Below are positions 49,249 through 58,202 of a DNA stretch of 64,000 bases, piece by piece. Position 1 is the first letter of the stretch. Each line of letters starts with the position of its first letter. The DNA is taken from IMG/VR virus record IMGVR_UViG_3300024308_000016, positions 208,394 to 272,393 of that record; one strand, given 5' to 3'. Below the pieces are notes generated by a model, which did no database searches, was not told where the DNA came from, and saw only the letters and a list, made by a program, of their open reading frames with translations. The position numbers and the translations under genes were made by a program.

Positions 49249-49983
49249 ATGCCCAAACATCACGGATCCAAGCAGCAGCCCAAAACTGCTCAATCTCTCG
49301 ACGAGCTCGCTGCGCTGATGAAAGCCGCTGATGAAGCGGCCCAGGAAATCGGTGATCAAACCGAAACCACTGCTCGTGTGGAGCAGACTTACGTCCCAGC
49401 GCAAACTCATACCAAGGTCTCGCTCAACGGCGAGATGCTGTATACCTCGACCCGTCTGAACTATGACGGCTCCGAGCAAACGGATCAAGAGATCGAATCT
49501 CGATCGGTCCAAGCCAAAAGCCTGGGCGAGAAGTTCTTTGACAAGAACAATCCGTTCGATTCGTTCATCAAGGCAGTTCCGAAGCTGGAGCTGCCCGATG
49601 GCGAAGAGCCCGCACCACTGGCAGCGCTGCAGCAAATGCGCGACTGTGGCAAGGAGCTGACATTTGCTCGGCTGTCCACTCCCTGGGGCGCCACTAGTTT
49701 GGTGGACCGCGCCATGGTCGAGTCTCTCAAGCCTGGCGAGGTAGTATGGAGCTACCTGAAGGACGGCATCTCCGTCATCTACGTTCTCAAGGACAAGGCC
49801 ACTGACTCCAAAGACTACGCTGTGGTCCTGAAGGTGTACAAGACCAACTCCATGCAGTACGACACCTGGGTGTTCGGTGATCTTCGCCATATCACGGCGA
49901 TGAAAAACGACCACCTGCGCTACTACGAAAGCTTGCCCGAGCTCGATCCCAGCCTGTGGCAAAAGCTCAAGAACCTGTTCTAA
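49249..49983 (+). CDS. Hypothetical protein (244 aa)
   Basis: ATG 49249 after GGAGG; disordered N-terminus, globular C-terminus. Confidence 0.8.
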   Translation: MPKHHGSKQQPKTAQSLDELAALMKAADEAAQEIGDQTETTARVEQTYVPAQTHTKVSLNGEMLYTSTRLNYDGSEQTDQEIESRSVQAKSLGEKFFDKNNPFDSFIKAVPKLELPDGEEPAPLAALQQMRDCGKELTFARLSTPWGATSLVDRAMVESLKPGEVVWSYLKDGISVIYVLKDKATDSKDYAVVLKVYKTNSMQYDTWVFGDLRHITAMKNDHLRYYESLPELDPSLWQKLKNLF

Positions 49984-50048
49984 AAGCAGGCCGCAGATCG
50001 ATAAAGTGGTGAATCCTATCAATCTGCCTATTTCCCATAAGGAGACGT

Positions 50049-50558
50049 ATGTCCATCGCTGAACTGTTGGCCGCCAATGACGAGCAGGCCAAACAAACCA
50101 TGAACCTGTACCATGGCTCGGGCTTCAAGCAAACGGAGCTCAAGCCCGGCTTTGCCCATACAGGGGAGCTGGTCAACTGGGACAGGTACGAGTCCAATGA
50201 CTATTTGTACGCAAGCAGTCACAAAAACTCAGCGATCCTACTGGGCATCGTCTCCGCATGGGAAAAGAAGTTCCCTATTTCCCGAACCAAGATCGACGAG
50301 CCGGGTCGCCAGATCCGCTTGGAGTTCGAGGACAAGGTGCCCAGTCCGGACGATCTCAATCGGGTCGATGCCTGGCTGTATACCATCGCTCGTGATGACG
50401 CAGCCGACGGCTGGGTCCACAACCACAACCCTTTCAACAACATCAAGACGGAGTACAAGACCAAAAGTACCATCAAGAAAAACATCCTCAGCATCGAGAA
50501 GATCAATATCGAGTCCACCTTAAAAGGATTCGTGATCCATTCCAGCGTCGCAAAGTAA
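50049..50558 (+). CDS. Putative ADP-ribosyltransferase-fold (Arr-like) protein
   Basis: AAGGAG SD; LYHGS...LKPG...YLYASS...A...WLYTI...EYKT order of ART core motifs (by eye). Confidence 0.45.
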   Translation: MSIAELLAANDEQAKQTMNLYHGSGFKQTELKPGFAHTGELVNWDRYESNDYLYASSHKNSAILLGIVSAWEKKFPISRTKIDEPGRQIRLEFEDKVPSPDDLNRVDAWLYTIARDDAADGWVHNHNPFNNIKTEYKTKSTIKKNILSIEKINIESTLKGFVIHSSVAK

Positions 50559-50597
50559 ACCCCGGTTCCCCTTCTCTTTATATAGAAAGCATTTGAA

Positions 50598-52049
50598 ATG
50601 ACAGCATCGAACAACGCAGCCGACAACAATAACAACGCATCCGCTGGCGGTGGCAGCCTGAGCGATTTCCGATCCTCCATGCTCAGCAAGCTGGGTGTGA
50701 CGGCTGCTCCGAAGTACGAACGTCGTGGCCCCAACCAGCATGAAATGCTGGACGACACGATCCGTGAGCTCAATGGCGAATTTCGTGCCAAGATGGCCCG
50801 CGTACTGGAAGACTCCGGCGTCTTCACCCGCGTCACCTATCCCGAGGGGCTCAATGCCCGTGAAGTGGCCGCTGATGTCAGCTTCGAATCCCGCATCGCC
50901 TCCATCAAGGGCTTCCAATCGGTGCGCGACTTCATGATCTTCTACCCCCGTATCCAGGGCGACATCGAAGACATCATCAAGTGCAACGCCATGCTCGATG
51001 GCCTGAGCCCGGTGATCGGCCGCACCAATGGCCTGAGCAAGTCCATGACGCTCAAGGACCAGACCTCCATCAACGAGCTGGTGCTCGATCTGCATGAAGC
51101 TGGCTTCTACGGCGTGCACGACAGCGACGACGTGATGGCGTTCGATGAAAAGAACATCCCCACGTTCCGTGCCGGCATCTCGTTCACTCGCAAGGGCAAC
51201 CTGGGCACTCAGTCCATGGAAGTGTCCGTGCGCTGGGCGGCCAACAACGAGCTGGTGGAAAAGTTCATCCGCATCGTCCGCAACCACGTGGCCGTCTCCG
51301 GTGCCATTGACGCTGGCGTTTACGACACCATCATCGGCATCACCGGCGGCAAGATGGACATCAAGAGCGAGTCCCTGCAGGACTCCCAGGAAGCGGTGCC
51401 TGCGTTCTACCCCTGGATGAACGAGACGGACATCGCCCAGTACTTCCTGGACTTCCTGAACTCTTCGGCCAACGTGCTGATCCTGTACGGCCCTCCCGGC
51501 ACCGGCAAGACCACCATGATCCGTACGGCCGTCAAGCGCCTGGGCCTTCGCGCTCTGGGCACTGCTGATCAGACCCTGATGAGCATGCCTGGCTTCGTGC
51601 AGATCTGCGGCACCCACATGTCGGGCGGCGGCGAAAACGGCAAGTACGATGTGCTGGTGGCCGAGGACTCGGAAATCCTCACCAAGAAGCGCCTCAACGA
51701 AGAAGGCCAGGTGGTCAACCCGGTGATGGCATCGCTGCTCAATGCGGTCGACGGCGTCTCCAAGGAAACCAGCTTCAAGCTGGTGATCACCACCAACCTT
51801 CCCAACCTGCTGGACATGGACACGGCACTACTGCGCCCTGGCCGCTGCTTCGACGTGATGGAATTCGGCCGCCTGACGGCTGAGCAAGGCATGACCATCC
51901 GCGCCATGCTGGGCAAGGAAAACAAGCGCCTGGCAAGCCCGAACGGCTACCTGCTGGCCGAGATCCTGAACATGGACACCACCAAGAGCGAACTGATCGA
52001 CGGTCACGCCATCGTCTCGCCCCGCTTCCCGCTGCCCAAGAAGAAGTAA
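50598..52049 (+). CDS. AAA+ ATPase paralogue 1 (BCS1-like C-terminal domain)
   Basis: GPPGTGKT, DVLVAEDSE, ITTN, DTALLRPGRCFD. Confidence 0.9.
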   Translation: MTASNNAADNNNNASAGGGSLSDFRSSMLSKLGVTAAPKYERRGPNQHEMLDDTIRELNGEFRAKMARVLEDSGVFTRVTYPEGLNAREVAADVSFESRIASIKGFQSVRDFMIFYPRIQGDIEDIIKCNAMLDGLSPVIGRTNGLSKSMTLKDQTSINELVLDLHEAGFYGVHDSDDVMAFDEKNIPTFRAGISFTRKGNLGTQSMEVSVRWAANNELVEKFIRIVRNHVAVSGAIDAGVYDTIIGITGGKMDIKSESLQDSQEAVPAFYPWMNETDIAQYFLDFLNSSANVLILYGPPGTGKTTMIRTAVKRLGLRALGTADQTLMSMPGFVQICGTHMSGGGENGKYDVLVAEDSEILTKKRLNEEGQVVNPVMASLLNAVDGVSKETSFKLVITTNLPNLLDMDTALLRPGRCFDVMEFGRLTAEQGMTIRAMLGKENKRLASPNGYLLAEILNMDTTKSELIDGHAIVSPRFPLPKKK

Positions 52050-52066
52050 GTTCTTCTATCCCTCCA

Positions 52067-52103
52067 CTTCCTGCGGCCCTTCGGGGCTGCGGGAAGGTCT
52101 TTT
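52067..52103 (+). terminator. Intrinsic terminator between AAA paralogues 1 and 2
   Basis: CTTCCTGCGGCCC-TTCG-GGGCTGCGGGAAG then TCTTTTGT. Confidence 0.7.
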
Positions 52104-52143
52104 GTCAGTTTCCCTTTTAAATAGTAAGCATTAGGAGCTACCC

Positions 52144-53805
52144 ATGTCCGAGAACAACAACCCCGAATCCACCAACCCCGCGTCCGAGCAACCCGCTCCC
52201 ATCATCGCCACTCCCGTCTACGAACAAACCGAAGTGACCATGGGCGCGGACGGCGAAGGCGCCACTGAATCTGCTGGTGAAGAAGCTGGTGAAGCGGCTG
52301 AAGCTGTCGCCTCAGCCTCTCCCTCTGTCGAGATGCTGAATCTTGAGCTTCCTGACCTCACCACCAAGAGTTTCGTGAAACGCATGATGGGCAACTCCAT
52401 GGTCGGCTTGATGTCGTCCTCCATGCTGGAGGCGTTGCGGTCCCAGTCGCCGGTGGCCGCTCGCGTGGCCTCCCGCAACCGTGTCAAGTCGGTGCGCCAG
52501 GCATTCGAGGAAGCCGTGGAAACGGTCGACAAGGTGCACTACTGCCGCGCCCGCTTCAAGCACACCATGGACTACATGGCGATCACGAACCCGAGTGGGA
52601 TCATGGATCTGGGCGAGTTCTACGACAAGAAGGGCAAGTACCAAGAGCGCCTGATGCTCGCCCGTGCTCGGGAAGTGGGCTTTGCCTCCATCCATCGCGC
52701 CATCTCCTTCACTGAGAGCTTCGGTATGCTGGAGAAGATCTGCGACCAGATGTCGATGTACGATGGCGCGGGTAAGACGTTCGATCGTCGCCTGGGCATG
52801 AACCAGATCCACCTAAAGCCCAATGCTCGTATCGAGATCGTGCAAGCGTTCATCGACGAAGGCTGGGTCTTTGTGGGTGGTGACACCATCTGCAAGTTTG
52901 ACGAAAAGAACCGTCCCATCGGCGGCATCAACTTCGACTGGCATGGCGGCTCTGAAGGTGGCGAATGCTACTCCAACACCCCGACGGTCTGGGGTATCGG
53001 TGAAAACCACATGCCTCGCCTGATCGAGCTGTTCCGTGAACGCCTGGCAGAGCGCACTCTGGGCACGGCCAAGCTGACCACCATCCAGGCCATCAACCCG
53101 ATGAGCGGTCTGGAGACAGTGGATGACGATCTGTCCGACGTGCGTCTGGCCGACTCCACGTTCTTCCCCTGGATGAACGGCACGCCGATCACCGAGTACT
53201 TCATGGACTTCCTGACCAGCGACGCCAACGTCCTGATCCTGTACGGCCCTCCGGGCACGGCAAAGTCGACCATGATCCGTACCGCGGTCAAGCAGCTGGG
53301 TCTGCGTGCCCTGGGCACGTCCAACCAAAAGCTGATCGGAAACCCGCAGTTCCTGACTGCATGCGGCTCTCGCATGTCCGGCCGTGGCGGCGACGCTCCG
53401 TACGACGTGCTGATCGCTGAAGACGCGGAAATCCTGGTGCGCAGCCGCGACCTGGGCAACCCGCTGATGTCCACGCTGCTGGACGTCACCAACGGCATGA
53501 GCGCCAAGCACTCGTTCAAGTTGATCCTGACCATGAACTCGGACAACCTCAACGACGTGGACACGGCGCTGCTGCGCCCTGGCCGGTGCTTCGACATCAT
53601 GCACTTCGGCTACCTGGACGCCAAGCAAGCAGCCAACGTGCGCACCGCACTGAAGCTGCCTGAGGTGCCGATCAAGGAAGGCAAGTACGTGCTGGCTGAA
53701 GTCGTCAACATGGGCATCATCAAGACCGACCTGATCGAAGGCAAGGCCATCGTCAAGCCGCGTTTCCCGCTGCCCAACGATCGCGTGATCGATCGTTCGC
53801 TGTAA
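52144..53805 (+). CDS. AAA+ ATPase paralogue 2
   Basis: GPPGTAKS, DVLIAEDAE, DTALLRPGRCFD; acidic disordered N-terminus. Confidence 0.9.
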   Translation: MSENNNPESTNPASEQPAPIIATPVYEQTEVTMGADGEGATESAGEEAGEAAEAVASASPSVEMLNLELPDLTTKSFVKRMMGNSMVGLMSSSMLEALRSQSPVAARVASRNRVKSVRQAFEEAVETVDKVHYCRARFKHTMDYMAITNPSGIMDLGEFYDKKGKYQERLMLARAREVGFASIHRAISFTESFGMLEKICDQMSMYDGAGKTFDRRLGMNQIHLKPNARIEIVQAFIDEGWVFVGGDTICKFDEKNRPIGGINFDWHGGSEGGECYSNTPTVWGIGENHMPRLIELFRERLAERTLGTAKLTTIQAINPMSGLETVDDDLSDVRLADSTFFPWMNGTPITEYFMDFLTSDANVLILYGPPGTAKSTMIRTAVKQLGLRALGTSNQKLIGNPQFLTACGSRMSGRGGDAPYDVLIAEDAEILVRSRDLGNPLMSTLLDVTNGMSAKHSFKLILTMNSDNLNDVDTALLRPGRCFDIMHFGYLDAKQAANVRTALKLPEVPIKEGKYVLAEVVNMGIIKTDLIEGKAIVKPRFPLPNDRVIDRSL

Positions 53806-53812
53806 AGCGCTA

Positions 53813-53841
53813 CTCCACGGGCCCTTTACGGGCCCGTGGAG
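53813..53841 (+). terminator. Hairpin between AAA paralogues 2 and 3
   Basis: CTCCACGGGCCC-TTTAC-GGGCCCGTGGAG. Confidence 0.65.
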
Positions 53842-53896
53842 GTGTTTGCATTTTCAATAATCAGTATTCTCTCCCTTCTCTATTAGAAAGCGTCAC

Positions 53897-55309
53897 ATGT
53901 CCGCAGTTCCTACCCCTGAAAACTTCGCAACTACCCTGCTGAGCGCCGCCGCTACTGCCATCCGCCAGCGCCAAAGCGCCGCCGGCAGCCGCATCCTGAA
54001 CCGCTCCAAGCCCAGGACGGTGGTCGAACGCTTCGACTACACCGTTGATGTGGCCATGAAGAAGGCCGGTGCCTTCGAGGACATCCCCCAGCCTCCCCAC
54101 CACGACCGCGGCGACTCCGTCACGTCGGTGGTCCTGAACCGCGATTTCTACTGCGGCGAAGGCCGCCTGCTGATGGACTCCTTCATCAGCCAGGTGATCG
54201 CCGCTGATGGCTTCCGTAGCTCTCTGGACCTCATGGTCATGGACCTGGGCTACGGCGGCATGCTGGACATCGCTCGCGCCAACATGCAGACCTACTACGA
54301 CCAGCTGCCCGTGAAGGGGGGCTTCTGTGCCGGCAACATGTACGTCAAGGAAGGCGGTGAGCGCGCTCTGTTTGAAGCCTTCGTCAAGCGTGGCTGGCGC
54401 ATCATGAACCATGATCACCTGGTGCTGCTGGATCATCGCAACCTCCCGATCGCTGGCGTGGACCTGGACCTGTGCCGTGACCGTCACCACGACGTGTACA
54501 TGGACGACATCCAGTTCTTCGGTCTGAGCACCGCTGTGCTCGACGAGATCACGGGCATCCTGCGCTCGGTGCTGGCGGACCGCATGATGGGCAACGCCTC
54601 CATGACCACGATCCAGTCCATCGACAAGCGCGGCGAGATGCAGACGTCCACGGATGACATGTCCGAAGGCCTGACGGCTACGAGCGCCTTCTATCCCCAG
54701 ATGGAGGGCGCCTCGATCCGTGAGTACTTCATGGACTTCTTCAACTCCAAGGCGTCGGTGCTGGTCCTGTACGGCCCTCCCGGCACTGCTAAGTCGACCA
54801 TGATTCGCACAGCCATCATCGAGCTGGGCCTGCGTGCACTGGGCACTTCCAACCCCAGCGTGTACGCCAGTCCCAATTTCATCTCGGTGTGCGGCTCCCG
54901 TATGGCGGGCGCCAACGGTGAGACGCCCTTCGACGTGCTGATCACGGAAGATGCGGAAGCTCTGGTGGCTCCTCGCTCGGCAGGCAACGCCAAGATGGCT
55001 GAGCTGCTCGATGCCACCGACGGCATCGGCACTCAGCACAAGTTCAAGATGATCATCACTTTGAACTCGCGCGATCTGTCGAACGTGGACACAGCACTGC
55101 TGCGCCCTGGCCGTTGCTTCGACATCATGGAGTTCGGCCATCTCACGGCCGAAGAAGCCATGGTGGTGCGGCGCACTCTGGATCTGCCCGAGATCGCCAT
55201 CAAGCCCGGCAAGTACCTGCTGGCCGAGGTGGTGAACATGGACGACACCAAGAGCGAGACCATCGACGGCCATGCCATCGTGACTCCGCGCTTCAAGCTC
55301 AAGAAGTAA
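53897..55309 (+). CDS. AAA+ ATPase paralogue 3
   Basis: GPPGTAKS, DVLITEDAE, DTALLRPGRCFD. Confidence 0.9.
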   Translation: MSAVPTPENFATTLLSAAATAIRQRQSAAGSRILNRSKPRTVVERFDYTVDVAMKKAGAFEDIPQPPHHDRGDSVTSVVLNRDFYCGEGRLLMDSFISQVIAADGFRSSLDLMVMDLGYGGMLDIARANMQTYYDQLPVKGGFCAGNMYVKEGGERALFEAFVKRGWRIMNHDHLVLLDHRNLPIAGVDLDLCRDRHHDVYMDDIQFFGLSTAVLDEITGILRSVLADRMMGNASMTTIQSIDKRGEMQTSTDDMSEGLTATSAFYPQMEGASIREYFMDFFNSKASVLVLYGPPGTAKSTMIRTAIIELGLRALGTSNPSVYASPNFISVCGSRMAGANGETPFDVLITEDAEALVAPRSAGNAKMAELLDATDGIGTQHKFKMIITLNSRDLSNVDTALLRPGRCFDIMEFGHLTAEEAMVVRRTLDLPEIAIKPGKYLLAEVVNMDDTKSETIDGHAIVTPRFKLKK

Positions 55310-55332
55310 GCCGCGTCCCGTGGTAAAACAGT

Positions 55333-55370
55333 AAGAGGAGCCGGCATCTGCTGGCTCCTCTTATTTTTTT
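55333..55370 (+). terminator. Intrinsic terminator
   Basis: AAGAGGAGCCGGC-ATCT-GCTGGCTCCTCTT then a T tract. Confidence 0.8.
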
Positions 55371-55393
55371 GTCTCTATTGAAAGGATATCATC

Positions 55394-56176
55394 GTGAACA
55401 AGAACCAAGTAACCGCTATCGGGCGTTTCATCCAAGGCAGACTTCAGTTTTCGGAACTGCTCAACACAGCAGCTCGATTCATAGAAGCACAGAGCTGGAT
55501 CAACCAGTCCGGCGAGCTGGACAAGGGTATTGGCAAGCGCCGCACCAGCATGGCTGTCGCTGACTTGTTGAAAGCCACGCATCAGCCCCTGAATGTACAG
55601 GAGGTGCTGATCAACTATTACGCTGACCTGATAGTCACCTCCATCAACCTGGACATCGCGGCTAAGGAGCTGCAAATCACTGTCATCTTGTCTGACACCT
55701 CTGTCAGTGCCAAGGTGTCCCAGCAATACGTGTTGACCGTCACCGCGGGTACTTCGGCTGCTCAGCCCGATCCCGTTGCAATGGATCCCGCGGACTGGGC
55801 GCAGCATCCAGCCAATCGCGCAGATGCCCCGAAGAAGTCGCCAGCTCCCATTGCTCCTCCCGAAGCCGCTAAAAAGGCAGTCCAGGCCAAGGCACAGGTT
55901 ACGCTCCCTGTGGAGCAGCCTCCCCAGTTCCTGTATGCCGCCAAGGACAAGGTGCGCCAGTTGAGCACCCTGAATATGGCGCGTGTGCAGCCCTTCATCG
56001 AAGCAGCGAACTTTCCGATCGGCTACAAAGTGCATCGTGTCGTCTCCATCGATGGCCCGCTCAATGAAGGCATCGCTCGCATCGACGTGATCTCCACGTG
56101 GACAGGTCCCGGAAAAGGCCACCATTCCGAGATCCTTACTCCGCTGTACCTGAGCCAGCACCGCTTCTCCAAGTAA
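55394..56176 (+). CDS. Hypothetical two-domain protein with Pro/Ala/Lys linker (260 aa)
   Basis: GTG start after AAAGGA. Confidence 0.75.
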   Translation: MNKNQVTAIGRFIQGRLQFSELLNTAARFIEAQSWINQSGELDKGIGKRRTSMAVADLLKATHQPLNVQEVLINYYADLIVTSINLDIAAKELQITVILSDTSVSAKVSQQYVLTVTAGTSAAQPDPVAMDPADWAQHPANRADAPKKSPAPIAPPEAAKKAVQAKAQVTLPVEQPPQFLYAAKDKVRQLSTLNMARVQPFIEAANFPIGYKVHRVVSIDGPLNEGIARIDVISTWTGPGKGHHSEILTPLYLSQHRFSK

Positions 56177-56200
56177 CTGCTCCTTCTAAGGACCCCTAAA

Positions 56201-56554
56201 ATGAAAGCTACCGCATCCGCTTACTGCCGCATCGGCGTCTCCATCAACACCCTGCAAGAACTCACTGAAGCACTGACGGCTATTTCACAAGGGCGTAGTG
56301 ACCTGGAGATGGCCCGAGCTGTGGCCCATGCCGAGACGCTCGTGTATCGCCGCCTGGCTGATGTGCGCAAGGCGGGTGCGCGTATCATGCCGTTTCAGTC
56401 CCTGATCCCCAAAGAAGTGGTCTTCAGCATCGTGGAACAGGGGCCCAATTCGTTGCATTTCAAGATGGACAAGCACATGCGTACTTCCAGCAAGGGACAA
56501 GAGTCCCAGGAATCGATGTACAGCTTCGACATCATCATTACCCATCCCAACTAA
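56201..56554 (+). CDS. Hypothetical protein (117 aa)
   Basis: AAGGA SD. Confidence 0.75.
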   Translation: MKATASAYCRIGVSINTLQELTEALTAISQGRSDLEMARAVAHAETLVYRRLADVRKAGARIMPFQSLIPKEVVFSIVEQGPNSLHFKMDKHMRTSSKGQESQESMYSFDIIITHPN

Positions 56555-56568
56555 AGAAAGCTTTCACC

Positions 56569-57639
56569 ATGGCTACTGCCAAGAAAACCGCCACCAAGAC
56601 TGAGATAGTCAACTCAGCACTCAAGCGTGCCTCGGTCCGCAAAGCGACAGCCTCCAAGGAACTCAAAGCACATCTGGACAAGGCCGACGAGCTGGCAGTT
56701 CCCTCCACAGTACCTGTCATGCAAGACGCCAAAGCCGTGGCTGACGAGGCTTCGCTCGTGACCAGCCTGAACCTGCTGCTCGCCGGCAAAGCCACCCGGC
56801 GCCTCAAAGATGAGGCCCGCCTGATGTGGCAGTTGCGCGAAGTGCTCAAGAGCACCCAGACTCAGCTGCAAGGCACACTGATCAATGGCGGCGTCTCGGA
56901 CGCTACAGGTGCCCTGACCATGGAGGCGTATCGCAACGTCATGGAACTGCTGGGCTTGAAAGAGCTGGCCAAGGTCCCAAATCCGGGCCCTGAAGTGCGT
57001 TCGACTCGCTCCATGCGCCGCGCTTACACGCGTGGTCTGGTGCAAGTCCTGCAAAAGGGTATCAATGCCATCGACGAGTCGGTGCGCACCATCGGTGCCT
57101 ACAAGCAAGCTGGCGTCAAGACCCGCAAGAATCGGGCAGTTTCGGTGGACATCCCCCGCACTCCCATCGTGGAGACGCTCACGGTGCAGCGCATGCGTGG
57201 GCGCTCGGTCACGCATCACAACAGCCATCTGTTCGTCACCGCGGGCTACATCTGCCTGGCGGTCGATCACATCGCCAAGATCGTGATGGAGTCCAAGTCT
57301 CTTAACGAGATGACCAAGGCTGTACGTGACCGCACTGCCAGCTCCCGCCAGCGGCTGCTGCCCTTCCTGGCCAAGGAAGTGCCGGTCACCATCACCGAGG
57401 ACAACATCTTCATCCAGTCGGCCACTGGCTTCATCGACGGCCACTACGAAGTCGAAGTGCTGGTGCGCTATCCCCTGGGCCTGGGCGCTGAAGCCATCCA
57501 GGGCCTCAAACTGAAGGTGTACCGCGACAAGTCCATCGGTGCCTATGACCGCGTGATGCAGCACACCAGTGGCGTTACCAACATGGGTCGTGAAGACATC
57601 ACAGCTTTGGTGCAGCACGCTCATCGCCAACTGGGTTGA
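56569..57639 (+). CDS. Hypothetical basic protein (356 aa)
   Basis: Lys/Arg/Ala-rich N-terminus; strong codon bias. Confidence 0.8.
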   Translation: MATAKKTATKTEIVNSALKRASVRKATASKELKAHLDKADELAVPSTVPVMQDAKAVADEASLVTSLNLLLAGKATRRLKDEARLMWQLREVLKSTQTQLQGTLINGGVSDATGALTMEAYRNVMELLGLKELAKVPNPGPEVRSTRSMRRAYTRGLVQVLQKGINAIDESVRTIGAYKQAGVKTRKNRAVSVDIPRTPIVETLTVQRMRGRSVTHHNSHLFVTAGYICLAVDHIAKIVMESKSLNEMTKAVRDRTASSRQRLLPFLAKEVPVTITEDNIFIQSATGFIDGHYEVEVLVRYPLGLGAEAIQGLKLKVYRDKSIGAYDRVMQHTSGVTNMGREDITALVQHAHRQLG

Positions 57640-57642
57640 TAG

Positions 57643-57692
57643 CTCCCACCCCCGGCGCCTGCGGGCGTCGGGAGTGCGGTGCTTTCTTTTTG
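57643..57692 (+). terminator. Intrinsic terminator
   Basis: Imperfect GC-rich hairpin followed by TTTCTTTTT. Confidence 0.6.
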
Positions 57693-57715
57693 TCCCGTAT
57701 CTAGAAACTTTCAGT

Positions 57716-57735
57716 CACGTATACTCTACCTGAGG
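57716..57735 (+). promoter_or_regulatory. Conserved 20-bp motif, copy 5
   Basis: CACGTATACTCTACCTGAGG; shares upstream TTTCAGT with copy 2. Confidence 0.7.
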
Positions 57736-57782
57736 CATAACGCTTCAATATCTTTTAACCTTCAAATAGAAAGACCTCAACC

Positions 57783-58190
57783 ATGTACATCAAAGACGGC
57801 TACCTGATCCAGGGCTCCAACCGTTACAAGATCCTCAAGTCGTTTGAGACGACTGTGAAGCTGTTCTCCGACAAGGGTAAGCTCAAGCACGGTGAAAAGA
57901 AGTTCGCCTACGACGAGTTCCGCTTGTCGGGCTACGTAGTGGACGCCGAGGACAACCCCAAGACGCTGTATTACCGCATCGTGGGCACCGACATGATGAA
58001 CGCCTCGGCGATTGTCAAGGGCATCTTGGTCAATGGCTCCACCTTGCAGCCCGAGCACTACCCGATGGATGCGATCCATACCTACAGCCTGGAATCTACG
58101 CTCGATCCGTCCCAGCATGCGCTGGAGGACTGCGTCAAGCACATCAAGCGCGATCTGATCGCAGCTCGTGCCTCCATGGAACTGAACTGA
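57783..58190 (+). CDS. Hypothetical protein (135 aa)
   Basis: First ORF after motif copy 5. Confidence 0.8.
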   Translation: MYIKDGYLIQGSNRYKILKSFETTVKLFSDKGKLKHGEKKFAYDEFRLSGYVVDAEDNPKTLYYRIVGTDMMNASAIVKGILVNGSTLQPEHYPMDAIHTYSLESTLDPSQHALEDCVKHIKRDLIAARASMELN

Positions 58191-58202
58191 GCAGGAGCAT
58201 GT

